Below, one piece after another: positions 40,364-49,882 of a stretch of DNA of 64,000 nucleotides; position 1 is the first letter of the stretch, and every line of letters begins with the position of its first letter. The position numbers and the translations under genes were made by a program. Source of the DNA: an uncultured Actinomycetota bacterium. GTDB lineage: Bacteria; Actinomycetota; Actinomycetes; JAHEKZ01. Under the pieces are notes generated by a model that was not told the DNA's origin, did not search any database, and worked only from the letters and a program-made list of their open reading frames with translations. The stretch is taken from assembly GCA_963718235.1 (NCBI GenBank), contig CAVQYR010000001.1, positions 2,016,001-2,080,000 of the forward strand, in the 5' to 3' direction.

Positions 40364-41026
40364 ATGCGGGTCGTCATCGCGGGAGCGGGCAAGGTCGGTC
40401 GGTCGATCGCCAGTGAGCTGCTGGGGCACGGCCACACCGTCCTGCTGATCGACGAGGACAACAGCAACTTCCGGCAGGACATGGCCGGCGCGCAGTGGCT
40501 CGAGGCCGATGCCTGCGAGATCTCCAGCCTCGACGGCGCACGGCTGCAGGACTGCCAGGTCGTGATCGCGGCCACCGGCGACGACAAGGTCAACCTCGTC
40601 ATCGCCCTCCTGGCGAAGACCGAGTACGGCGTGCCCCGGGTGGTCGCTCGGGTCAACCACCCCAAGAACGAGTGGCTGTTCAACGAGGCGTGGGGCGTCG
40701 ACGTCGCGGTGTCCACGCCGCGCATGCTGTCCGCCCTGGTCGAGGAGGCCGTGAGCGTAGGCGACGTCGTGCGACTCATGGAGTTCGAGCAAGGTGAGGC
40801 CAATTTGGTCGAGCTCACCTTGCCGGAGAACTCGCCAGTGATCGCCGCACGGGTGGGCGACGTCGACTGGCCGGAGTCGGTCGCCCTGGTCGCCATCATG
40901 CGCGACGCCCGAGTGCTCGTCCCCAGCGTCGATGACAGCCTCGAGGTCGGCGACGAGCTGTTGTTCGTCGCCCCGCGCTCGGCCGAGGTGTCCCTCCAGG
41001 AGATCCTCGCCCCCCACCCCGCCTGA
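40364..41026 (+). CDS. TrkA-family RCK potassium uptake protein (CeoC-like)
   Basis: VIAGAGKVG, TGDDKVNL, NEWLFNEAWGVD. Confidence 0.9.
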   Translation: MRVVIAGAGKVGRSIASELLGHGHTVLLIDEDNSNFRQDMAGAQWLEADACEISSLDGARLQDCQVVIAATGDDKVNLVIALLAKTEYGVPRVVARVNHPKNEWLFNEAWGVDVAVSTPRMLSALVEEAVSVGDVVRLMEFEQGEANLVELTLPENSPVIAARVGDVDWPESVALVAIMRDARVLVPSVDDSLEVGDELLFVAPRSAEVSLQEILAPHPA

Positions 41027-41054
41027 GCCCTCTGCCTCCGACGTCCGCGCTGCG

Positions 41055-41762
41055 TCAGCTGTCAGGTACGTCGTCGGGCGCGGGCGCGAGATGCTCCTTC
41101 GGCGGTGGGGCGGCTCGGATGAGGGCGTAGGTCAACCAGGCCACCAGCAGGAACAACGGCCAGCCCATCAGGATGCGGGCCACGCCCAGGGCGATGGCCG
41201 CCCCGGCCAGGTAGAGAGGGACCTGGACCGCCAGCCGCAGGCCGAACATGGCGACCCACAGCCAGCACGCCCGGGTGTAGGCCCGCCGTCGCGGTGGGTC
41301 CTGCCGCCACGACATGCCCTCCCCCAGCAACGGCCCGACGACGACCCCCAGGATCGGCCAGCCCACGAGGATCGACACGAGGTACACCAACCCGTACCCC
41401 GCGGAGATGAACAGCCCGGGGAGGTAGAAGTTGGCCGCGTTGCCCGATCGCGCCGCCAGCAGTGCCCCGATGCCGACCCCCACGAGGCCGTACACCGTCT
41501 GCTGCAGGCTCTCCCGGCGCACGACCCGGACCACGGCCACGACCGCCGCGAGGGCCAGCGCGGCCCACACGGCGACCCGCAGTGCCTCGTCCGGCCACCA
41601 GAACCCGCCGAGGGTGTACACGAGGACGAACGCCGCGCTCGGCAGACCACTGTCGACCAGTCCGCGTCGGCCACCCATGGCCTGGGCGATGTCGACGCCG
41701 AACGGGCGCTCGTCACCGGAGGCGTCCGATGCTGCTGGCTCCTCTGGGGTGCGGTCGCTCAT
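41055..41762 (-). CDS. DUF3159 membrane protein
   Basis: AMGG.RGLVDSGLP, FYLPG, RLAVQVPLY, ARILMGWP. Confidence 0.85.
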   Translation of the reverse strand: MSDRTPEEPAASDASGDERPFGVDIAQAMGGRRGLVDSGLPSAAFVLVYTLGGFWWPDEALRVAVWAALALAAVVAVVRVVRRESLQQTVYGLVGVGIGALLAARSGNAANFYLPGLFISAGYGLVYLVSILVGWPILGVVVGPLLGEGMSWRQDPPRRRAYTRACWLWVAMFGLRLAVQVPLYLAGAAIALGVARILMGWPLFLLVAWLTYALIRAAPPPKEHLAPAPDDVPDS

Positions 41763-42121
41763 CGCCCGTAGGGGCGCAGCTCGTAGCGTGGGTTGAACAC
41801 GGTGGACCGCCCCTTGCTCACCGTCACCCGGCCGCTGACGAGCATCGGCCGACCCGGGCTCACCCCCGGGAGCCGACGCCGGCCCAGCCACACCACGGTC
41901 ACCACCCCGGTGCCGTCGTACAGCTCGGCCTCGAGGGCGGGCACGCCGCTGCGCGGACGCAACGTGACCGTGCGGATCGTGCCGGCCAAGGTCGACGGTC
42001 TCCCCGGGACGGCCGAGACGATCGGCAGTGCCTCCAGGTCGCGGGCCCGAGCCTGCAGCTCGTCGGCCTCGAACTGACTCGTCGAACGAGCCATCCGGGA
42101 CAGCCGTGAGCTCACGCCCAT
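41759..42121 (-). CDS. OB-fold nucleic-acid-binding protein
   Basis: LEAELYDGTG, VWLGRRRLPG, FNPRYEL. Confidence 0.85.
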   Translation of the reverse strand: MGVSSRLSRMARSTSQFEADELQARARDLEALPIVSAVPGRPSTLAGTIRTVTLRPRSGVPALEAELYDGTGVVTVVWLGRRRLPGVSPGRPMLVSGRVTVSKGRSTVFNPRYELRPYGR

Positions 42122-42134
42122 GACGGGGCGCCCA

Positions 42135-42830
42135 TCAGGGGACACCCGGCGGTTCCGAGCGCAGCGACGGGTCGTCCGGCATGGTCAGCAGAAGCAGCTC
42201 GCGCGGCGGTGCAGCGGCATCACCACGGACCACCACCACGTTGCGGAAGATCTCGTGGACGGCGACCAGGTCCTGCGGGTCGCCACCGGAGTCACCACTG
42301 ATGACCCCCCGCAGGAACCACCGTGGACCGTCGACCCCGAGGAACCGCACCGGCTGGAGGCCGGAGCCCGGCTTGGTCGCGTCGGTGGGCACCTGGGCCA
42401 CGAGCTCCGGCCCGAAGGGTCCGGCGTCCTCTTCGGCCTTGCCACCGGACCCGACGATGCCGCTGATCATCTCGGCGCGGACGTCGTCCCACAGGCCAAG
42501 CGAGCGGGGAGCAGCGAAGACCTGGAGCTGCAGGACGGCTCCCTGGAGGGCCACCGCAACCGCGCTGATCCGACCCTGGTCGTCGACGTCCAGGCGGACC
42601 TCCATCCCGTCGATCGCCGGCACCCGCAGGGCGCCGAAGTCGATCCGGGTGACCTCGTCGTCGACGTCGTCGACGTCGAACGGGCCCTCCGGTCGGACCT
42701 TGCCCGGGTTCGGCCGGTCTGTCTCGTCACGCGAGGCCACGACGTCGTCGGCGTTGTCGGCGTCCAGGATCCCCTCCGCCGCGTCGGGTGGCTCCTCGGG
42801 CTGCTCGTGCTTGCGACGCAGGAAGCTCAC
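42135..42830 (-). CDS. DUF3710 protein
   Basis: GPFDV, LQVFAAP, GPFGPEL, RFLGVDGPRWFLRG. Confidence 0.88.
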   Translation of the reverse strand: MSFLRRKHEQPEEPPDAAEGILDADNADDVVASRDETDRPNPGKVRPEGPFDVDDVDDEVTRIDFGALRVPAIDGMEVRLDVDDQGRISAVAVALQGAVLQLQVFAAPRSLGLWDDVRAEMISGIVGSGGKAEEDAGPFGPELVAQVPTDATKPGSGLQPVRFLGVDGPRWFLRGVISGDSGGDPQDLVAVHEIFRNVVVVRGDAAAPPRELLLLTMPDDPSLRSEPPGVP

Positions 42831-43327
42831 GCGGTCTCCTTGTCTGGTGCGATGGCCAGGCCGGTCGAGCCGAACCCGCTCGCCGACCGGTCCGACCCGG
42901 GCAAGGCGGCGACCTCGTGCCAACGGACCTGCTCGACGCGCTGGACCACGAGCTGGGCGATCCGGTCCCCGCGGGTGAAGCTCACCGACTGGGTGGGGTC
43001 CAGGTTGACGATGCTCACCTTGATCTCTCCGCGGTACCCGGCATCGACCGTGCCCGGTGCGTTCAGCAGGCTCACCCCGTACTTGACCGCAAGCCCGCTG
43101 CGGGGGTGCACGAACGCCGCGTAGCCCGCGGGCAGGGCGATCGCGATCCCGGTGGGCAGCAGCGCGCGCTCCCCCGACCCGAGCACGGCGTCGACCGTGG
43201 TCGACAGGTCGAGTCCGGCGTCTCCGGGGTGCGCGTAGGTCGGGAGCGCGGCCTCTGGGTCGATGCGCTGCACCAGCACGTCGACGGGAGCAGTCGCAGA
43301 GGTCGAGCCCGTGGTCACGGCGTCCAC
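42827..43327 (-). CDS. dut: dUTPase
   Basis: GDAGLDL, HPRSGLA, GTVDAGYRGE, RIAQL, GFGSTG. Confidence 0.96.
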   Translation of the reverse strand: MDAVTTGSTSATAPVDVLVQRIDPEAALPTYAHPGDAGLDLSTTVDAVLGSGERALLPTGIAIALPAGYAAFVHPRSGLAVKYGVSLLNAPGTVDAGYRGEIKVSIVNLDPTQSVSFTRGDRIAQLVVQRVEQVRWHEVAALPGSDRSASGFGSTGLAIAPDKETA

Positions 43328-43334
43328 GCTAGCG

Positions 43335-43916
43335 TCACGGGTTCACCTCGAAGGCGTGCACCACCTCGTTGCTGTCCGCGCTCGCCACGTACGCCGCGAT
43401 GTCAGCGGCTCGACCGTTGCTCTTGAAGTGCTCGAGGGCCACCGTGACGAAGACCGCCTTGGCCTCCACGGCCACCGGCCCGGCGGGGTCCTCGAGGCGA
43501 CCGACCGCCCGCGAGTAGATCTTGCGCCCGGCCACGGCGACGCACTCGGCATCGATGATCAACCGGGACCCGACGGGTACCGGCCGACGGAAGTCGGTCT
43601 CCAGGTGCACGGTCACCGCAGGGACCCGCAACAGCCAGGTGACGGTCCCCAGCGCCTCGTCGAACGCGGCCGTGAGCAGTCCGCCGTGGGCCAGGCCTGG
43701 GGCTCCCTGGTGGTGCTCGTTGACGACGAGCTGGGCCCGGATGGCGCAGCCCTCGGCCGCGGTCAGCTGCAGGTGAAGCCCGGTCAGGTGGTCTGGACCA
43801 CAGCCGAAGCACTGCCGGTAGTGGGAACCGATCCGCTCGCCGGGGGCTGGCGCGTCGGGGTGCCGCTGGGGAGGCTCGGCGTGCAGGGGGGGATCGACGG
43901 CTCGACGGGCACTCAC
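43335..43916 (-). CDS. PaaI-family hotdog thioesterase
   Basis: CFGCG, HQGAPGLAHGG, FDE, DFRRPVP. Confidence 0.85.
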   Translation of the reverse strand: MSARRAVDPPLHAEPPQRHPDAPAPGERIGSHYRQCFGCGPDHLTGLHLQLTAAEGCAIRAQLVVNEHHQGAPGLAHGGLLTAAFDEALGTVTWLLRVPAVTVHLETDFRRPVPVGSRLIIDAECVAVAGRKIYSRAVGRLEDPAGPVAVEAKAVFVTVALEHFKSNGRAADIAAYVASADSNEVVHAFEVNP

Positions 43917-43990
43917 GACGTCGACCCTACTTGGCGCAGGCGCAGCGACCCCTGGCTGAACCCTGCTCAGTGGGGTGCGAGGCTGTCGTC

Positions 43991-44470
43991 ATGCCCTACC
44001 TCGAACGCATCTGGGCCCCGTGGTGGGTGTGGCTGTCGGTCGTGCTCTGGCCGGGGATGCTCGGCCTCGCCTACGCGGTTGCCACGAGCGGCCCGGTCGG
44101 GTTGGCCGTCGCCGGAGGACTGGCCGGCCTGGCGTTGTTCGGGCTCTGGCGCTACACGCTGACGATCACCGTCGACGCCACGGGCCTGACCGTGGGCAGG
44201 GTCCACCTGGACGCCCCCTACCTCGGGGTGGCCACGGCCCTGGACCCGCGGGCCGCCGGTCGGCTCAGGGGTGTCGATGCCGACCCCCGCGCGTTCGTCG
44301 CGCTGCGCGGCTGGGTGGCAACGGCCGTCCAGCTGGCGGTGGACGACGAGCGGGACCCGACGCCCTACTGGCTGGTGGCGACCAGGAACCCCGAGGCGCT
44401 CGCATCCGCCCTGGTCACCTGCCGGGAAGCAGCGGGCTCGGCCAACGATCCGGATCGGACCCGGGGCTGA
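43991..44470 (+). CDS. DUF3093 membrane protein
   Basis: Y.ER.W.PWW, DPTPYWLVATR.P. Confidence 0.85.
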   Translation: MPYLERIWAPWWVWLSVVLWPGMLGLAYAVATSGPVGLAVAGGLAGLALFGLWRYTLTITVDATGLTVGRVHLDAPYLGVATALDPRAAGRLRGVDADPRAFVALRGWVATAVQLAVDDERDPTPYWLVATRNPEALASALVTCREAAGSANDPDRTRG

Positions 44471-44527
44471 CGTCCGGGCCTGCGGTACGGCAGGCTGGGT
44501 CCTCCCCCGACGACAGGAGCAGAACCG

Positions 44528-44788
44528 ATGGCCAGCAGCCAGTCCGACCAGGACATGACCGTCCGAGTGGTCACGACGGTGGCCGCACTGGCCGCGGCGT
44601 TCGTGGTCCAACGGGCCATGGCCGCGGGGTGGAAGGCCGTCACCGGGCACCCTGCGCCGGGCGCCGACGACGGTGAGGTCGGGCTGGGTGAGGTGCTGAC
44701 CTACGCCGCCCTGACCGCCGGTGCCGTGGCGGTGACCCGGGTCTTCGTCACCCGCAGGGCCGCCCACCTGGTGCGAAGGTCCGCCTGA
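44528..44788 (+). CDS. DUF4235 small membrane protein
   Basis: WKAVTG..P, LGEVLTYAALTAG; SD AGGAG. Confidence 0.7.
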   Translation: MASSQSDQDMTVRVVTTVAALAAAFVVQRAMAAGWKAVTGHPAPGADDGEVGLGEVLTYAALTAGAVAVTRVFVTRRAAHLVRRSA

Positions 44789-44809
44789 GCAACCGCAGAG
44801 CCTCCGGGG

Positions 44810-45106
44810 TCAGGCGCAGTCGCGGCAGACCAGTTGGCCCTTGACCTCTTTCGCGAGCTGGCTGCGGTGGTGCACGAGGAAGCACCGCGAGCAGGTGAAC
44901 TCGTCCGCCTGCCGGGGGACGACGCGGACGGTCAGCTCTTCGTTGGAGAGGTCGGCACCGGGCAGCTCGAGGCTCTCGGCGAGCTCGGTCTCGTCGACGT
45001 CGACGGTCGAGGCAGCCAGGTCGGCACGCCGAGCCTTCAGCTCCTCGAGGCTGTCCTCGTTGAGCTCGTCGTCGGTCTTGCGCGGGGTGTCGTAATCGGT
45101 CGCCAT
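44810..45106 (-). CDS. DUF4193 acidic Zn-ribbon protein
   Basis: MATDYDTPRK, ELPGADLS, EFTCSRCFLVHHRSQL, CRDC; SD AAGGAGG. Confidence 0.9.
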   Translation of the reverse strand: MATDYDTPRKTDDELNEDSLEELKARRADLAASTVDVDETELAESLELPGADLSNEELTVRVVPRQADEFTCSRCFLVHHRSQLAKEVKGQLVCRDCA

Positions 45107-45288
45107 GGGTTGGCCGACCCCTCCTTGCCACTGCTCATGCTGCTCTGCGGTCGCCTGTGGGTACAGACTGTCAGCGCCGTAACGCTTCGGAACGTGCGTT
45201 TGTGCCCGCCCGGAGCGCCAGATTGTGCCTCATGACCGGGCCCCACGTCCTGCCGGGGTTCCGGGCCCGAACGAACAGGAGATGAACA

Positions 45289-45807
45289 GTGGCGCTGTAC
45301 GCCCTCGCCGACCAGGTGCCGGAGGTCCATCCGGACGCGTTCGTCCACCCCGACGCCACCGTCATCGGGTCGGTCCTGATCGGTGCCGAGGCCTCGATCT
45401 GGCCCGGGGTGGTGCTACGCGGCGACTACGGCACGATCACCGTCGGCGCCCGCACGTCGATCCAGGACGGCGCCGTCCTGCATGCCACCCGCGAGCTGGA
45501 CACCATCGTCGGTGCCGACTGCGTCGTGGGCCACCTCGCCCACCTCGAGGGGTGCGTCGTCGAGGACGGCAGCCTCGTCGGCAGCGGGTCGGTCGTGCTG
45601 CACCGGGCCGTGGTCCGCAGTGGCGCCCTGGTCGGTGCCGGCGCGGTGGTGGGTCACGGGGTGGAGGTGCCGGCGCGGGCGATGGCGCTGGGGGTCCCAG
45701 CGCGGATCAAGCCCGACGCGGTCGCCGAGTCGGCCTTCGTCGACACCGTGGCGGCCTACGTGGCCAACGGTCACCGCTACCGGGCCGAGCTGCGCCGGCT
45801 CGACTGA
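45289..45807 (+). CDS. Gamma carbonic anhydrase-family hexapeptide-repeat protein
   Basis: VLRGD, IQDGAVLH, VGH.AHLEGC hexapeptide repeats. Confidence 0.88.
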   Translation: MALYALADQVPEVHPDAFVHPDATVIGSVLIGAEASIWPGVVLRGDYGTITVGARTSIQDGAVLHATRELDTIVGADCVVGHLAHLEGCVVEDGSLVGSGSVVLHRAVVRSGALVGAGAVVGHGVEVPARAMALGVPARIKPDAVAESAFVDTVAAYVANGHRYRAELRRLD

Positions 45808-45828
45808 GGGCCGGCCGGTCGAGGCCGC

Positions 45829-46596
45829 TCACGCCCCGGTGGAGGCGAGCAGGGCCTGGAACTCGGCGAACAGCGGGGGCGACGCCGCGAGGGTGAGGGT
45901 GCCCACCTGGGCCACCGTCGCACCCGCCTGCGAGGCGATGAAGCTCCCGGCGGCCCGGTCCCACTCGGCCAGGCCACGCTCGTAGTACACGTCGACCTCG
46001 CCGGCAGCCACCAGGCACAGGTCGAGGGCCGCCGAGCCGAGCCGGCGGACGTCGCGCACCCGGGGCAGCACCTGGGCCAGTGCCGCGGCCTGACGGGTCC
46101 GCTCATGCTGCTCGTAGCCGAAGCCGGTGGCGAGCAGGGCCTGCCCCAGCTCCGCGCAGCGCGACGTGTTGATCGTGGCCCCGTTGCACCGTGCGTCGCC
46201 GGTCGTCGCGGTGTACCGACGCCGCAGCATCGGCGCGTGGACCACCCCCGCCACCACGCCCCCGTCCCGCTCGGCAGCGATGCTGACCGACCAGGTCGGC
46301 AGCCCGTACCAGTAGTTGACCGTGCCGTCGATCGGGTCGACGACCCACCGCACGTCGGAGGTCCCCTGCCGGGACTCCGACTCCTCGCCGAGGATGGAGT
46401 CCTGGGGACGGGCACGGGCGATCACGCGGCTGATGATCTCCTCAGCCGCAGTGTCAGCCGCGGTGACGATGTCGGTCAGGCTCGACTTCGTCGCCGTCAC
46501 GACCACGCCCTGCTGGTGCTCGGTCAGCCAGGTGGCGGCCGCATCGGCGGCCTCTCTGGCGAGACTCAGCAACGCGTGATCGTCCGACCGGCTCAT
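45829..46596 (-). CDS. suhB: Inositol monophosphatase family protein
   Basis: D.VTAAD, ILGEE, WVVDPIDGT, RRLGSAALDL, WDRAAG. Confidence 0.88.
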   Translation of the reverse strand: MSRSDDHALLSLAREAADAAATWLTEHQQGVVVTATKSSLTDIVTAADTAAEEIISRVIARARPQDSILGEESESRQGTSDVRWVVDPIDGTVNYWYGLPTWSVSIAAERDGGVVAGVVHAPMLRRRYTATTGDARCNGATINTSRCAELGQALLATGFGYEQHERTRQAAALAQVLPRVRDVRRLGSAALDLCLVAAGEVDVYYERGLAEWDRAAGSFIASQAGATVAQVGTLTLAASPPLFAEFQALLASTGA

Positions 46597-46610
46597 CGGC
46601 GCGCCGCCAC

Positions 46611-47693
46611 TCAGTCGCCGCCGGCAAGTGCCGGACGATGGCCGCGCGGGTTGGGGCAACAGCCCCGGACGCACCGGTCGGGAGCAGCCGGCGTCGAGGC
46701 CATGCGTCGGCGCTGCTGGACGGGGACGCCGCCGAGCCGCTCGACGACCAGGTCGCCCACCATCGACACGAACCGAGGATCGAGACCCGGTGTGTCCGCT
46801 CGCGCGTACGGCATGCCCACCGACTCCGCCTGCTCCCGGGCCTGGGTGTCGAGGTCCCACACCACCTCCATGTGGTCGGACACGAAACCGATGGGGATGA
46901 CCACGACTCCGGGGACGCCGGCGTCACGAAGGCGCACGACATGCTCCCCCACGTCCGGCTCGAGCCACGGTTGGCCCGGAGGTCCGCTGCGGGACTGGTA
47001 GACGAGGTCCCAGCCCCGTTCCACGCCCGTGCGCATCGCGACCGCGTCGGCCACCCACTCAGCCACCTGGCGGTGCTGTGCGACGTAGGCCCCGCCCTCG
47101 GTACCGCTGGTCTCGGCGAGCACGAGCGGGAGCGAGTGGGTGCTGAAGACCAGGCGTGCCCCGTCGCGGGCAGGCCACGGAAGATCGGCCAACGCCCGGA
47201 CGGTCGCGTCGACGAACGGGAGCACGAAGCCCGGGTGGTTGAAGTAGGGTCCGAGCCGGTCGACGGCGAGATCGGCGGGGGCGCCGTCGGTGGAGGGGGT
47301 GGACACCGCGTCAGCCAGGTTCTCCCGGTACTGCCTGCACCCCGAGTACGACGAGTACGCCGAGGTGAAGAACGCCAGCGCGCGGTGGATCCCGTCGCGT
47401 GCCATCTGCTGCACCGTGTCGGCGAGGTACGGCGCCCAGTTCCGGTTGCCCCAGTAGACCGGCAGCGCGATCCCACGCTCGCCCAGCTCGGACTCGATCG
47501 CAGCGACCAGACGTCGGTTCTGCTCGTTGATCGGGCTGACCCCGCCGAAACGGAAATAGTGCTCACCCACGGCCCGCAGCCGCTCCTCGGGGATACCACG
47601 CCCGGCCGTGACGTTGGCGAGGAACGGCACCACGTCGTCAGGCCCCTCGGGGCCGCCGAAGGACACGACGAGCAGCGCGTCGTGATCGGCCAT
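46611..47693 (-). CDS. hemH: Coproporphyrin ferrochelatase (CpfC)
   Basis: SFGGPEG, GGVSPIN, SGCRQY, HSLP, YQSRSG, GFVSDHMEV; C-terminal C...CC cluster ligands. Confidence 0.93.
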   Translation of the reverse strand: MADHDALLVVSFGGPEGPDDVVPFLANVTAGRGIPEERLRAVGEHYFRFGGVSPINEQNRRLVAAIESELGERGIALPVYWGNRNWAPYLADTVQQMARDGIHRALAFFTSAYSSYSGCRQYRENLADAVSTPSTDGAPADLAVDRLGPYFNHPGFVLPFVDATVRALADLPWPARDGARLVFSTHSLPLVLAETSGTEGGAYVAQHRQVAEWVADAVAMRTGVERGWDLVYQSRSGPPGQPWLEPDVGEHVVRLRDAGVPGVVVIPIGFVSDHMEVVWDLDTQAREQAESVGMPYARADTPGLDPRFVSMVGDLVVERLGGVPVQQRRRMASTPAAPDRCVRGCCPNPRGHRPALAGGD

Positions 47694-47767
47694 GACGACA
47701 TCCTCGCAGCACCGCGTCATCGCGTCCTGCGGGCTCCGCTGACTGGTCAGTCAGGTACCGTCGCGCC

Positions 47768-48958
47768 GTGCCCAGCCCCTATGCCGAGCTCCTGCGCACC
47801 CGCGGTGGGCCGGCACTGTCGGGTTCGGGGCTCTTCGCCAGGCTGCCGTTGTCCATGGCCGGCATCGCCTTGCTGCTGCTCATCGTGTCGGTCACCGACT
47901 CCTACGCCATCGGTGGGGCGGTCCAGGCCACGTGGGTCCTGGTCGAGGCCTCCTTGGCCCCGTTCCTCGCTCGGCTGGTCGACCGCCGCGGTCAGTGGCA
48001 GGTGGTGGCTCCACAGCTGGTCGTCCACGTCCTCGGCGTGGCCGTCCTGATCCTGGTCATCGACAGCGGCGCCCCCATGTGGACCTGGTTCGCCGCGGCC
48101 GCCGTCGCCGGCGGTGCACTCCCGGTCATCGGCTCCCTGGTGCGGGCCCGATGGGGCTTCCTGCTCGGACCGGCGCCCTTGCTGCGCACCGCGTACTCGT
48201 GGGAGTCGGTGGTCGACGAGTTCGTCTTCGTCGTAGGACCACCCGCTGCCACGATCATGGCGGTCGTCCTCGGCCCCTCGACAGCGCTGCTCATCACCAT
48301 TGCGGTGGGTACCACGGGAACGACGCTGCTGCTGCTCCAGCGCCGCACCCAACCTCCCCCACGTCCCGGGCTGCACGAGCCTGGGCAAGGCAGTGCGCTG
48401 CGCGTACCGGGCATGCCGACGGTCATCGCGGTCATGGCCCTGCTCGGCGCGGTCTTCGCCGGCGTCGAGGTCTCCGTCATCGCCACCGCCCGCGAGGCAG
48501 GGACCACGGGGGTGGCCGGTGTGGTGCTGGCCCTGTGGTCCCTCAGCAGCATGGTGTCCGGCCTCGTGCTCGGGTCCCTGCGGAGGGTGCCGCCGCTGCC
48601 GCTGCAGCTGCTCCTGGGCACCTCGACCCTGACCCTCCTGCTGCTGCCCCTGCCGTTCACGAGCGAGCTCGTCGTCGTCGGCTGGGTGCTCCTGCTCGCG
48701 GGGGTCGCCGTCTCACCGTCTCTGATCGCCGGGTTCAGCCTGGTCGAGCAGCTCGTCCCCAGCCACCGGTTGACCGAGGGCCTCACCTGGGTCACCACCG
48801 GGCTCAGCCTGGGCTTCGCCCTGGGGTCACCGGTGACCGGCTCGGTCGTCGACCGGTTCGGTCCGACCGCCGGCTACTGGGTCGGGCTGGGGGCTGCGGC
48901 CGCGGCCGGCACGCTCGTCCTTGCCTCCTACCGCACTCTCGTCACCCGGCACGCCTAG
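47768..48958 (+). CDS. MFS transporter
   Basis: RLPLSM, RLVDRRG, VRARW, ESVVDEFVFVVGP, RLTEG; about 12 TM segments. Confidence 0.85.
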   Translation: MPSPYAELLRTRGGPALSGSGLFARLPLSMAGIALLLLIVSVTDSYAIGGAVQATWVLVEASLAPFLARLVDRRGQWQVVAPQLVVHVLGVAVLILVIDSGAPMWTWFAAAAVAGGALPVIGSLVRARWGFLLGPAPLLRTAYSWESVVDEFVFVVGPPAATIMAVVLGPSTALLITIAVGTTGTTLLLLQRRTQPPPRPGLHEPGQGSALRVPGMPTVIAVMALLGAVFAGVEVSVIATAREAGTTGVAGVVLALWSLSSMVSGLVLGSLRRVPPLPLQLLLGTSTLTLLLLPLPFTSELVVVGWVLLLAGVAVSPSLIAGFSLVEQLVPSHRLTEGLTWVTTGLSLGFALGSPVTGSVVDRFGPTAGYWVGLGAAAAAGTLVLASYRTLVTRHA

Positions 48959-48971
48959 CGCGTCGCCGTGC

Positions 48972-49640
48972 TCAGCGAGGCGTTGACGACGTCGAACCCC
49001 GAGACGGCGACGGCGTGGGTGTGGGGGTGGGAGTAGCGGTCACCGTCGCGGTCACCGTCGCGGTGGCGGTGGGAGTCGGGCTGGTCGGTGAGGGCGTCGT
49101 GCTGGTCGGCGTCGAGGTGGTCGGCGTGGGCGTCGGGGCGGGCGAGTCGGTCGCGGCCGGACCTCGAGGAGGCCGGACGACCCGTTGGATGCTGGTACCC
49201 GAGGAGTCGTCGCCGGTGAACAACGCCGACAGGGGGCGTCCCGTCACGAGCTCGAACGCGGTGATCGCCACCATCGCGAGGGTGAACACCAGCAGGGCCA
49301 CCAACGTGATCCGGCCCCAGTGGTAGCCACGGGCGTCAGACAGGTCAAGTGCCTCCAAGGCCACCGTCGGAGCGCTCCCCTCGACCGGTGGGAGCGGCTG
49401 CTGCGACGGCTGTGCGTTCTCCTTGGTCTCCCGAGCCAGCTGCAGTCGCTGCCGGGCACGCCTCAGGGAGTGGTCGTAGAGGGCCGCCGCAACGGTGACC
49501 AGGGCGCTGACCACCGCTGCGCCCAGGACCGTGCCGGCCACGCCCAGGGCCGACGACGCAAACGCCGCCGTCGCCGCAGCTGCCGCGCCGGCCACGACCT
49601 GGATCCCGCTGATCCCCACGCGTTCGCGGCCCGATGTCAC
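48972..49640 (-). CDS. Hypothetical membrane protein with C-terminal Pro/Thr-rich tail
   Basis: S.LGVAGTVLGAAV, ITAFELVTGRP, TPTPTP tail. Confidence 0.7.
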   Translation of the reverse strand: MTSGRERVGISGIQVVAGAAAAATAAFASSALGVAGTVLGAAVVSALVTVAAALYDHSLRRARQRLQLARETKENAQPSQQPLPPVEGSAPTVALEALDLSDARGYHWGRITLVALLVFTLAMVAITAFELVTGRPLSALFTGDDSSGTSIQRVVRPPRGPAATDSPAPTPTPTTSTPTSTTPSPTSPTPTATATVTATVTATPTPTPTPSPSRGSTSSTPR

Positions 49641-49696
49641 CCGGCCATTGTTTCCTACCGGGTCACCCGTCCGGTCCGTGCCCGCGGCGAGCGCGC

Positions 49697-49732
49697 CCCG
49701 CGGGGTGGCCCGCGGGGTGGCCCGCGGGGTGG
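49697..49732. repeat. 12-bp tandem repeat, 3 copies (CCCGCGGGGTGG)
   Basis: Three perfect copies in the divergent intergenic region before sepH. Confidence 0.9.
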
Positions 49733-49882
49733 TGTGACACGAGGGGCCTCGGCGCGGCAGGATCGGGTGACCAGTCCGGGCCAAGCGGTCCGCCGACGAC
49801 CCGCGGGCTCTATCGTCGGGGATCTCGGCACCGGATCGACAGGCAACTCGACAGGAATCGACAGGGAGAGTGATCACTGCGC

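Noticed and set aside
48975-49150. Repetitive DNA encoding TPTPTP/TATVTATV
   Set aside because: Ordinary Pro/Thr low-complexity linker of a membrane protein
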